From Syntrophales bacterium (lineage in GTDB: Bacteria > Desulfobacterota > Syntrophia > Syntrophales > UBA2192), in contig DAOTMG010000010.1 in the NCBI GenBank assembly GCA_035450185.1, positions 2,216 through 66,215 on the forward strand: 64,000 nucleotides of DNA, in the 5' to 3' direction. The position numbers and the translations under genes were made by a program. This document shows positions 1-7,651 of this stretch, in pieces. The notes beneath the pieces are model-generated. The model saw only the letters and a program-made list of their open reading frames with translations, did no database searches and was not told the origin of the DNA. Numbering within the stretch: position 1 is the stretch's first letter; each line of letters begins with the position of its first letter.

Positions 1-771
1 CGCATCGTCGCCCGCAACTCGGGCGCCCGGGCCGCCCGGTTCGAGACCCTGGTCTTCAACGACGCGCGGGTCATCCCGGAGGGGAATCTTCTTGCCAAGG
101 TGAGCCGGCGCGGTTATGAGCCCCTCCTGCCGTCCGTCGTCGTCCACGATGGAAGCCCCTTCGCCCGGTTTTTCCACCTTCTCCGATGCAGGCTCTACGC
201 CCCGCACTACCCCCTCTCGGAGAAGGCCGGGGAGTATTTCATCACCCCCGACAACTTCGATGACGTCCCGAAGGGGACGACGAACTTCGTCTGCGACCGC
301 TCCCTGTGGCTGAAGAGTCAGCCCCGGGAAACGGACAGATACAGCAATGACGACACGAAGATCCTGAGGCAGATCGTCCGGGAGAGACCCATCCTGAGAA
401 CCGATGCCGTGTCCGTGACCTACCGGCCGAGGTCGGGTTTCTCGGACGTCATGATCCACACCTACCAGCGCGGCCCGCGCTTCGCCGATTACTATCTCCG
501 GCCGGGAGGCAAATATCGCTTGCTCTACCTGTTCATCGGGTCCGTCATCCTTTTTTCCCTCACGGCGGTCCTTCTCTTTCCCGGGGCCAAAGGGGCTGTG
601 CTGGCCGGCTTCCTCCTGACCTACACGGCAGCCGTGCTCTACTTGAGCCGGAGCCTGTCCGACCTGATCGTCGTGGGCCTCTGCCTGCCCGCGGTCGTTC
701 TTTCCTTCGGGCTCGGGATCCTGAAATGGCAGGTCAGGGAATGGATCGGGGGAAAGAGGTCGGGATCATGA
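1..771 (+). CDS. glycosyltransferase family 2-like protein, C-terminal part (5' end lies outside the window), with C-terminal TM helices
   Basis: Frame 1 is open from base 1. RIVARNSGARAARFETLVFNDARV resembles the GT2 ARNxGxxxAxGxxxxFxDxD core. The tracked ORF 100..771 is the same frame. Hydrophobic helices LLYLFIGSVILFSLTAVLLF and LIVVGLCLPAVVLSFGLGIL lie near the C-terminus. The stop overlaps the next start (ATGA). Confidence 0.55.
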   Translation, partial: RIVARNSGARAARFETLVFNDARVIPEGNLLAKVSRRGYEPLLPSVVVHDGSPFARFFHLLRCRLYAPHYPLSEKAGEYFITPDNFDDVPKGTTNFVCDRSLWLKSQPRETDRYSNDDTKILRQIVRERPILRTDAVSVTYRPRSGFSDVMIHTYQRGPRFADYYLRPGGKYRLLYLFIGSVILFSLTAVLLFPGAKGAVLAGFLLTYTAAVLYLSRSLSDLIVVGLCLPAVVLSFGLGILKWQVREWIGGKRSGS

Positions 772-1451
772 AACCGCTCTATGACCGCAGCTATTACGAG
801 AAGCTCAACCGGTCCAATCTCATCGGCAACAACGCCTTCCGGGAACGCCAGCGCCTGCACACGATCGAAACCCTCTGCCGGCCGGGACCCTCCGATGACG
901 TCCTCGAACTCGGGTGCGGCACCGGCCGCTACACGAGGGTCCTTGCCGACCGTGTCCGGCGAATCGTCGGTGTCGATTTCTCCGCCGCAGCCATTGAGAA
1001 GGCCCTTTCAGAAAGCACCCGACCCAACATGGAGCTGAGGAAGGCCGATATCCGGGATCTGCGGATATTCCTCGATCGCTCCTTTGACAAAATCGTTGCC
1101 ATCGATGTCCTGGAACATCTCTCCGACGATGACCTGCGGGCAGTCCTCGCCGAAGTGAAGCGGCTCATGCGGGAGGAAGCCCTTTTTGTATTCTTCACCC
1201 CGTCCGGGAGTCACTGGATCGAGCGGTTGAAGCAAAAGGGCATCCTGCGGCAGGTCACCGGTCACATCAGAGTGCGGACGGAGAGAGAGTACGGCGACAT
1301 CCTGCATCGGCAGGGATTCAGAATCAGAGATGTCATTCGTTATGAAACCTGTATTCCCCTGTGGCGGCTGATCGAAGGGAAGATGAAGGACATGCCATTC
1401 ACGGGGGGGGGGGTCTTTGTTTCGCGACTCGGCATGTCCGTATCTCACTGA
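768..1451 (+). CDS. class I SAM-dependent methyltransferase
   Basis: SAM motif I VLELGCGTGRYT and post-I/II elements (VGVDFS, IVAIDVLEHL). ATG 768 is preceded by AAGAGG and overlaps the upstream stop. The longer 726 start would overlap the upstream gene. Confidence 0.8.
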   Translation: MKPLYDRSYYEKLNRSNLIGNNAFRERQRLHTIETLCRPGPSDDVLELGCGTGRYTRVLADRVRRIVGVDFSAAAIEKALSESTRPNMELRKADIRDLRIFLDRSFDKIVAIDVLEHLSDDDLRAVLAEVKRLMREEALFVFFTPSGSHWIERLKQKGILRQVTGHIRVRTEREYGDILHRQGFRIRDVIRYETCIPLWRLIEGKMKDMPFTGGGVFVSRLGMSVSH

Positions 1452-1454
1452 TCC

Positions 1455-2162
1455 ATGGACGATCCATTCCGCTACGCCAGATATCAGATGCAATTCCTGT
1501 CCCGGGAGCCGGAGTGGCTTTCCCTGATGGACACTGTCCGGACCTGCAAGTCGATACTGGACCTCGGTTCCGGCGACGGGCGCAACAGCTTCCACCTCGG
1601 CAGGGTCATGCCTTCCGCCCGGCTGGTGGCCTTCGATCTATCCATGATCCGCTGCCGGACCTGCCGGTCCCTCACAGGCAAAGAGGTCGTTTGCGGAGAC
1701 GCCATGCATCTCCCCTTTGCCGACCGGTCCTTCGACATGATCGTTTCCACGCAGGTCATCGAACACGTGCCGGACGACTCGGGCTTTGTCCGGGAAGCGG
1801 AGAGGGTTCTCAAACCCGGCGGCTGCCTCGTCGTCAGTTCTGTCATCCGGTTGCCCTACGGATGGTACTTTTATCGGAATCAGGGAAGGTGGGTACTGGA
1901 CCCGACGCACGTCCGGGAATACCGGAGCGCAAAAGAATTCCTCACACTGTTTGAGGACCGTTTCAACATTGTCAGGGCAGCCTCCTCCCCGGTCCATTAC
2001 TCACCGGCGAGATTCCTGTACCGTGTCCTGGCAAAAGCGGGCTGGATCCGTCAACCGGACAGAAATGTGTTCTCATCCACGAAGTGGGGCGTTCGGATGG
2101 AGAGCCTGGTCATTCCTGTTCCGGGCTATCGAAATATCGTCATGCTTGCTGAGAAAAAATAG
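1455..2162 (+). CDS. class I SAM-dependent methyltransferase (Methyltransf_11-like)
   Basis: ILDLGSGDGRN motif I, VAFDLS, DMIVSTQVIEHVPDD, LKPGGCLVVS. It starts 4 nt after the previous stop, in the same reading frame. Confidence 0.8.
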   Translation: MDDPFRYARYQMQFLSREPEWLSLMDTVRTCKSILDLGSGDGRNSFHLGRVMPSARLVAFDLSMIRCRTCRSLTGKEVVCGDAMHLPFADRSFDMIVSTQVIEHVPDDSGFVREAERVLKPGGCLVVSSVIRLPYGWYFYRNQGRWVLDPTHVREYRSAKEFLTLFEDRFNIVRAASSPVHYSPARFLYRVLAKAGWIRQPDRNVFSSTKWGVRMESLVIPVPGYRNIVMLAEKK

Positions 2163-2174
2163 GGGAGCTTTTTC

Positions 2175-3146
2175 ATGCGGGACCATCCGGACAAATCCAG
2201 GACGGCGAGGGTTCTGTCTTTCATCCTGCTGCTTGCCGCGCTTGCGGTCATTGCTCTCTATATCCGGGCGCACGAGGATTCCTTCCGGGCGGTCTCCGGT
2301 CTTTCGATCCGGGACGGCGCATTCCTGTTCGTTCTGGGCGTGTTCACGATCGCCGTCAACGGTCTTTTTCTGAAGACCTTTGCAGCGAAGTATCAAGTTG
2401 AGCTCCTTGCGAAAGAGTGGTTCGGGCTGGCGGTGGTCACGACGATGGGCAATTACCTGACCCCCTTTTCCGGCGGGATGATTGCACGAGCCGCGTACCT
2501 GAACAAGCGCCACAACCTCTCTTACTCAAAATTTGCCATGCTGTCGGCCGCCAATTATCTGCTCGTTTATCTGATCATCGCCCTTGCCGGTATTCTGCTG
2601 ATCGGCTTCTCTCTATCCTCTGCCGATTCTTCCCGTGTTCTTCTCCTGTTCTTCGCGATGGTCGCCGCCCTGATCCTGGTTCTGTTAAGGGTCAAACGGG
2701 TGCCCATGAATGGGGCCCACCGGTATGTGGACGCTTTGAATCATGCCCTCCAGGGGTGGGAGGAGATGATGAAAGACCGGATCCTGGTGGCAAAAATTCT
2801 TTTCCTCACCGCAGTCAACGTCTCCGCAGGGGCGCTTCTCTTTTATGTTGCCTTCGAGGCGCTCGGATTCCCCGTGGCGTTTACAACGGCGCTTCTGATC
2901 TACCTCATCACTTCTTTTTCGCTTCTCATCAATGTCACACCGGGGAATTTAGGCGTGCAGGAAGCCGTATCCAGCTTTGCCGCCGCCATGCTCGGGGCAG
3001 GGGCCGACCCGGGCCTGATGGCCGCTCTCCTCATTCGCGGGGCCATGATGGCTGCGGCATTTACCCTCGGGCCGTTGTTCGGCATGCTCCTTGCGAGAGA
3101 AATGGCCGAAAATGGAACGGCCGGCAGTACAGGAGGATCACATTGA
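2175..3146 (+). CDS. polytopic membrane protein, flippase-like / LPG-synthase-TM (UPF0104) type
   Basis: 323 aa, hydrophobic throughout with about 8 predicted helices and no soluble domain. The composition and the conserved GN..TP..GG segment (TTMGNYLTPFSGGMIARAAYL) resemble UPF0104. Family call made by eye. Confidence 0.5.
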   Translation: MRDHPDKSRTARVLSFILLLAALAVIALYIRAHEDSFRAVSGLSIRDGAFLFVLGVFTIAVNGLFLKTFAAKYQVELLAKEWFGLAVVTTMGNYLTPFSGGMIARAAYLNKRHNLSYSKFAMLSAANYLLVYLIIALAGILLIGFSLSSADSSRVLLLFFAMVAALILVLLRVKRVPMNGAHRYVDALNHALQGWEEMMKDRILVAKILFLTAVNVSAGALLFYVAFEALGFPVAFTTALLIYLITSFSLLINVTPGNLGVQEAVSSFAAAMLGAGADPGLMAALLIRGAMMAAAFTLGPLFGMLLAREMAENGTAGSTGGSH

Positions 3147-5194
3147 GGGTGGGCGCCCAGCAGATCGTATCGTTTGCGGAGAGGTGGAAATATGCCTTGG
3201 CTGTTGCGGCATTTTCGATCATCCTCATGACCATCTATTCGAACAGCTTCCACGCGGCCTGGCACTTCGACGATTTTGACAATATCGGCACGAATTCAAA
3301 CGTCCACGTCAAGAACCTCTCCTGGACGGAAATAAAAAAGTCTCTGTTTATCCGCGGGTATTTTGCCAGACCCTTCGCCTATTTTACATTCGGACTCAAT
3401 TATTATTTCGGCGGCCTCGATGTCGTCGGCTATCACGTCGTGAATCTCGCGATCCACGTTTTGACATCGATCTTTCTCTTCTTTTTCATCCGCAACACCC
3501 TGAATCTGCCCTCTTTGAAGGACCGCTATGGGGAAAATGCTTTTTCCATTTCCTTCGTTGCGGCACTCCTCTGGGCGGTGAATCCCGTTCATGTCACATC
3601 GGTCACCTACATCGTCCAGAGAATGTCGAGCATGGCCGGGTTGTTTTACATTTTGTCGATGACCTTTTATCTGAAGGGAAGAACGGGTGCACGGACCGCC
3701 GGAAGGGTCGTGTCGTTCACGTTCTGCGCCATTTTTTTCCTGCTGGCCTTCTGGACAAAGGAAAACGCCCTCATGCTCCCCGTCGCGATCTATCTCTACG
3801 ATCTCTTTCTCATCCAGGGAGCAACAGCAGACCATGTCAAAAAGAACACCCGGATCGTCGTCCTGCCCTGCATCGTCGTTCTGGTGATCGGAATTCTGTA
3901 CCGAGATTTTTCATCGATCCTGGAAGGGTATGACACGAGGCCCTTCAGCATGGCAGAGCGTTTGATGACACAGCCCAGGGTGATCTTGTTTTATTTGACC
4001 CTCCTAATCTACCCCATACCGTCCCGGCTCATGCTCCTGTACGACATCGATGTATCGAAATCCCTGTTGGACCCGTGGACAACGCTGCCCGCCATGGTCG
4101 GTCTTTTACTGATCGTGGCCTTTGCCCTGGTCAAGGCTCGCCAGTGGCCTCTTGTCTCATTCTGCGTCCTTTTCTTTTTCATCAATCACGCCATTGAGGG
4201 TTCCTTTCTCCCCCTGGAACTCATTTACGAGCATCGGAACTATATACCTTCCATGTTCCTCTTTGTCCCTGTCGCCATGGCCGCATGCTGGGTATTCAGA
4301 AAGTTCTCCGGAAATAGAATTCTACGGGGGCTGCTGATCGCGGCGTTTTGTTTTGTCGTGGCGGACCAGGGACACACGACCTACATGCGCAATGAAATCC
4401 TTTCCGATGAGAAAACACTCTGGCTCGACAATCTCGAAAAAGCTCCGAATTCAAGCAGGGTTCACGCCCTTCTCGGCAAAACACTCTTGAATGAAGGGGA
4501 GTATCAGCAGGCTCTGGATGAATTCCGGGAGGCAATTCGGCTGAAAAGATGGGTGAACCTCACGGAACCGGCAATCTATCAGTGCTACATCGGGAATTTT
4601 TTCCTGGATGTCATGGGGGACGACAAGAAGGCCGAGTCCCACTATGAGAAGTCTCTTGAATACACTTACTCTCACGAATATTTCAACGGAATGGCGATGG
4701 TCAACCTCAAAAGGGGAAATCTGGCCCAGGCCGAAGATCTCGTGCAGCAGGCCATAAAAATCAGACCCGGTATACCGGATTACCGGAACAATTACGCACT
4801 CGTTCTCTTGAAACAGGGGAGACTTGACGAGGCTATTTCTTCGGGCCAAAAGGCGCTGGAACTCAAGAAGGATTACGGCGCGCCGAACGGCATCATCGCC
4901 GAGGCGCTTCATCAGAAGGGGCTGAAGGCCGAATCCATCATCTACTGGGAAAGGTATGTCCAGAGAGAACCGGAGCGGTATTACGCCTACCTTGCCCTGA
5001 TGGACCTGTATGATTCAACAGGAGACGAGGCGGCCCTCGAGGCCACATTGCAGCATTTGATCCAGAGGATCGGGGGGGATCAGGTATGCCAGATCATGCG
5101 GAGGATCCAGGAACGAAAAAATATGTTTGCCCACGTTCCCGACGAAAATCGCATCCGTGCAATTCTCAAGAAAACCGCCAGAGCCCCGTCATAA
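3143..5194 (+). CDS. TMTC-like GT-C membrane glycosyltransferase with C-terminal TPR repeats (DUF1736-type)
   Basis: The N-terminal polytopic domain starts NSFHAAWHFDDFDNIGTNSNV (FxxDDxxxIxxN signature of TMTC/PMT-like proteins). The C-terminus has TPR-like repeats (LLGKTLLNEGEYQQALDEFREAIRL, MAMVNLKRGNLAQAEDLVQQAIKIRP, ALVLLKQGRLDEAISSGQKALEL). The tracked ORF start 2417 lies inside the previous gene. TTG 3143 follows AGGAGGA at 3131-3137; GTG 3149 is an alternative. Confidence 0.65.
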   Translation: MRVGAQQIVSFAERWKYALAVAAFSIILMTIYSNSFHAAWHFDDFDNIGTNSNVHVKNLSWTEIKKSLFIRGYFARPFAYFTFGLNYYFGGLDVVGYHVVNLAIHVLTSIFLFFFIRNTLNLPSLKDRYGENAFSISFVAALLWAVNPVHVTSVTYIVQRMSSMAGLFYILSMTFYLKGRTGARTAGRVVSFTFCAIFFLLAFWTKENALMLPVAIYLYDLFLIQGATADHVKKNTRIVVLPCIVVLVIGILYRDFSSILEGYDTRPFSMAERLMTQPRVILFYLTLLIYPIPSRLMLLYDIDVSKSLLDPWTTLPAMVGLLLIVAFALVKARQWPLVSFCVLFFFINHAIEGSFLPLELIYEHRNYIPSMFLFVPVAMAACWVFRKFSGNRILRGLLIAAFCFVVADQGHTTYMRNEILSDEKTLWLDNLEKAPNSSRVHALLGKTLLNEGEYQQALDEFREAIRLKRWVNLTEPAIYQCYIGNFFLDVMGDDKKAESHYEKSLEYTYSHEYFNGMAMVNLKRGNLAQAEDLVQQAIKIRPGIPDYRNNYALVLLKQGRLDEAISSGQKALELKKDYGAPNGIIAEALHQKGLKAESIIYWERYVQREPERYYAYLALMDLYDSTGDEAALEATLQHLIQRIGGDQVCQIMRRIQERKNMFAHVPDENRIRAILKKTARAPS

Positions 5195-5294
5195 GATCAA
5201 ACGGCCCGAGGGCGCCGAGCCGTCGGGCGCCGGTGGGACTCCATTCTTTCGTGTTCGGATCCGTCTTGTCTCAACCCGTTCCGGGACAACCCAT

Positions 5295-5338
5295 AAAAAA
5301 GGGTGAGGACCGTCTTCTCGACAGCCCTCACCCTTTTT
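5295..5338. terminator. bidirectional intrinsic terminator between convergent genes
   Basis: AAAAAA-GGGTGAGG-(17 nt loop)-CCTCACCC-TTTTT. The 8-bp GC-rich stem is flanked by an A-run and a T-run, between the TPR protein stop (5194) and the pilin stop (5363). Confidence 0.7.
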
Positions 5339-5362
5339 CACACAATTGGTTTGTCAGATCCG

Positions 5363-5749
5363 CTACAACCCGGGACGACGCATGGTGCCGACGGCAGTGG
5401 CTGAAGCAACAGTCGATCCGGCCCTCCCCGTGGCCGTAATGGAGAACGTCGGGGAGTGGCTGTAATCATACGTCAGGGTGAAGTCTCCTGCATCGGTACC
5501 CGCTGAAGCCGCTATTTGAGCACCCGTCGGCCAGGTACTTTCTCTCAGCAAGTTTTGAGCGGCGTACTGGGTGATTCTTGCCTTGGCCTCGGCAATGGCG
5601 GCCTGACCTGCCCTCTTCTTGGCGTCCTCCTGGAGGCTGAAGTATTTCGGAATGGCCACCGCAGCCAGGATTCCGAGGATCACCAGGACGGCAATGATCT
5701 CGATCAATGTGAAACCTTTCTGATTTTTGATGAGCGTTTTACTAAGCAT
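5363..5749 (-). CDS. pilA: type IV pilin (prepilin with N-terminal cleavage/methylation motif)
   Basis: MLSKTLIKNQKG|FTLIEIIAVLVILGILAAVAIPKY is the classic class III signal (G-1, F+1, E+5). GGAGG lies 7 nt upstream of ATG 5749. The tracked 164-aa ORF has a non-coding-looking extension. The mature protein has no Cys pair. Confidence 0.85.
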   Translation of the reverse strand: MLSKTLIKNQKGFTLIEIIAVLVILGILAAVAIPKYFSLQEDAKKRAGQAAIAEAKARITQYAAQNLLRESTWPTGAQIAASAGTDAGDFTLTYDYSHSPTFSITATGRAGSTVASATAVGTMRRPGL

Positions 5750-6070
5750 CTGAAACCTCCTTGCAGACTTGTGTATTCGCGACTTCTGATCAGTTCCTTT
5801 TCCAATATTCTCAAGTGCTACTGAATTCCCCGGTGCGGGCAACGACATTCTGTTCAAGCCCTACCTGATTTACCCCGACCCTGAGACAGCACCCTTGTTC
5901 TCCGCCTCGCGTAATACATGCTTTTAATCGTCTCTGCCGCCGCAAGACTTTAGGAATCTTGCAGCGCAGGGGGCTGACGGTGATTCTGTTAATTCCAAAG
6001 AGCCTCTGTCTGAAAGCCTTAGGAGATCCCTGAATTTGCTTTGAAATGGGATGCACTGACCGTTGGAATT

Positions 6071-6086
6071 AGCATTATCCATGCCA
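6071..6086 (-). promoter_or_regulatory. sigma-54 (-24/-12) promoter motif directed toward the pilin gene
   Basis: The minus strand reads TGGCATGGATAATGCT (TGGCAT-N5-aTGCT, GG-N10-GC spacing exact). It lies about 320 nt upstream of pilin ATG 5749 and downstream of the activator gene stop. Confidence 0.6.
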
Positions 6087-6226
6087 TGTGCCGGGGAAAG
6101 TGTGGAATCAACTCAAAATGACAAGTCAAATCGGATAATTAAAGTTTACTTTTCCCCGGGGACGCCAAAGGGCAGGAATCCCGAAAAATATGAAATACTT
6201 GCAATTATTGATGATGCCCCTCCAAT

Positions 6227-7573
6227 TTATGATGATTTCTTTATCGCTGCGACATCGATGTCATATTTCTTGATCCTGTGCCAGAGACTGCGCTCTTTGA
6301 TCCCCAGGACCTGTGCGGCTCTTACCTGGATGCCGTCAGACCGTATCAGGGCATCGATGATCATTTTTTTCTCAATCTCCTGGAGCCTGTCATCGATGGT
6401 GGCCGTCTCGGGAAGTTCGTTCACAGCCTGCCCGACGACGCCGCCCGAAATCTGGGGCGGTATATGATAGACCTCGATGATCCCGTTTTCAGCCATCACG
6501 GCCGCCCTTTCCATCGTGTTCTGAAGTTCCCTGATGTTGCCGGGCCAGGTGTAGCCGATCAGAGACTGCAGCGCCGCGGAGGAGATTTCCACGGGCTTCG
6601 AAGCCTTGGAGAGGAAATGCTCCGCGAGAAGGGGGATGTCCTCGCGCCGTTCCCTCAGGGGCGGCAGGTAGAGTGAAAGGACGTTCAGCCGGTAGAAGAG
6701 GTCTTCCCGGAAAACACCGTCCTGCACCAGTTTGGTCAGGTTCTTGTTGGTGGAGGCAATAAAACGGACATCGACCCGAATGGAACGGGTCCCCCCGACC
6801 CTTTCGAACTCCTTTTCCTGCAGGACGCGGAGGAGCTTGGCCTGCGTGGCAAGCGGCATGTCCCCGATTTCGTCGAGCAGGATGGTCCCGTTGTTGGCCA
6901 GTTCGAACTTGCCCTTCTTCTGGGCCGTCGCCCCCGTAAAGGACCCTTTCTCATGACCGAACAGTTCGCTCTCCAGCAGCCCCTCGGGAATGGCCACGCA
7001 GTTGAGCTTCACGAAGGGCCTCTCCTTGCGCATGCTGTGCTGGTAGATGCTCTGGGCGATGAGTTCCTTGCCGGTTCCGCTCTCTCCCGTGATGAGCACG
7101 GTTGCGTCCGTCGGCGCGATCTTCAGAATCTGGCTGAAGATCCCGCGGACGGCCTTGCTCTGCCCGACAATCTCGGGGAAGAGCTCCTTGGCTTCGACCT
7201 TGTTCAGGATGTTGGTGACCTGCTCGAAGACCGTGTTGAACTGTGACAGGTCATCGATCTTTGCGCTCTTCACGCCTTCGATCTGGGTCTTCGGAAAGAC
7301 GGGCAGGTTCTCCGTCTTTTTGATGAATTGCTTGATGGGCCGCAGGATGAGCCACGTAATAAACAGCGCGCAGAGGAAGGTGAAAACGGTGATCCCCAGC
7401 CCCCACCACTGGAGGTGGGACAGGGACTCCACCGGATACCGGGCGTAGGTTTCCATCATCCGGTAGGTGACGATGATCGCGAAGACGGAAATCCCGCTGA
7501 AGATCACCGGAATGAGAACATAAAGGCTGACGTGGATCTTGGACTGCTTCATGGCATCGACGCCCCGTGACAT
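6227..7573 (-). CDS. sigma-54-dependent transcriptional activator (bEBP) with N-terminal double-TM anchor and no receiver domain
   Basis: AAA+ sigma-54 interaction domain (Walker A GESGTGKE, GSFTGA loop variant of GAFTGA, Walker B ILLDEIGDM, ELFYRL-like FYRLNV). C-terminal Fis-type HTH (AAQVLGIKERSLWHRIKKY). The N-terminus has two hydrophobic helices (VSLYVLIPVIFSGISVFAIIVTY; WWGLGITVFTFLCALFITWLIL). Confidence 0.9.
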   Translation of the reverse strand: MSRGVDAMKQSKIHVSLYVLIPVIFSGISVFAIIVTYRMMETYARYPVESLSHLQWWGLGITVFTFLCALFITWLILRPIKQFIKKTENLPVFPKTQIEGVKSAKIDDLSQFNTVFEQVTNILNKVEAKELFPEIVGQSKAVRGIFSQILKIAPTDATVLITGESGTGKELIAQSIYQHSMRKERPFVKLNCVAIPEGLLESELFGHEKGSFTGATAQKKGKFELANNGTILLDEIGDMPLATQAKLLRVLQEKEFERVGGTRSIRVDVRFIASTNKNLTKLVQDGVFREDLFYRLNVLSLYLPPLRERREDIPLLAEHFLSKASKPVEISSAALQSLIGYTWPGNIRELQNTMERAAVMAENGIIEVYHIPPQISGGVVGQAVNELPETATIDDRLQEIEKKMIIDALIRSDGIQVRAAQVLGIKERSLWHRIKKYDIDVAAIKKSS

Positions 7574-7651
7574 TTCTCAATGAAGCCCCGCCCGATCGAA
7601 ATCCATTCAACCCCTCCTCGAGGAACCGAAAACCGACGGCTCGAGCGACGA

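Noticed and set aside
2417-3142. N-terminal 240-aa extension of the tracked 925-aa ORF. Similar 5' extensions occur on ORFs 26577, 23025, 50403, 42916, 10681-12492 and 20513-21424.
   Set aside because: The extensions overlap the preceding, well-supported genes in another frame, have Arg/Pro-rich non-protein-like composition, and internal starts with good RBS and recognisable N-termini exist.
5811-6056. An 81-aa GTG-initiated ORF on the minus strand lying in the pilin leader, just downstream of the sigma-54 motif.
   Set aside because: It has no RBS, a highly basic Arg-rich composition atypical of the real genes here, and no motif. It is most likely non-coding leader sequence.
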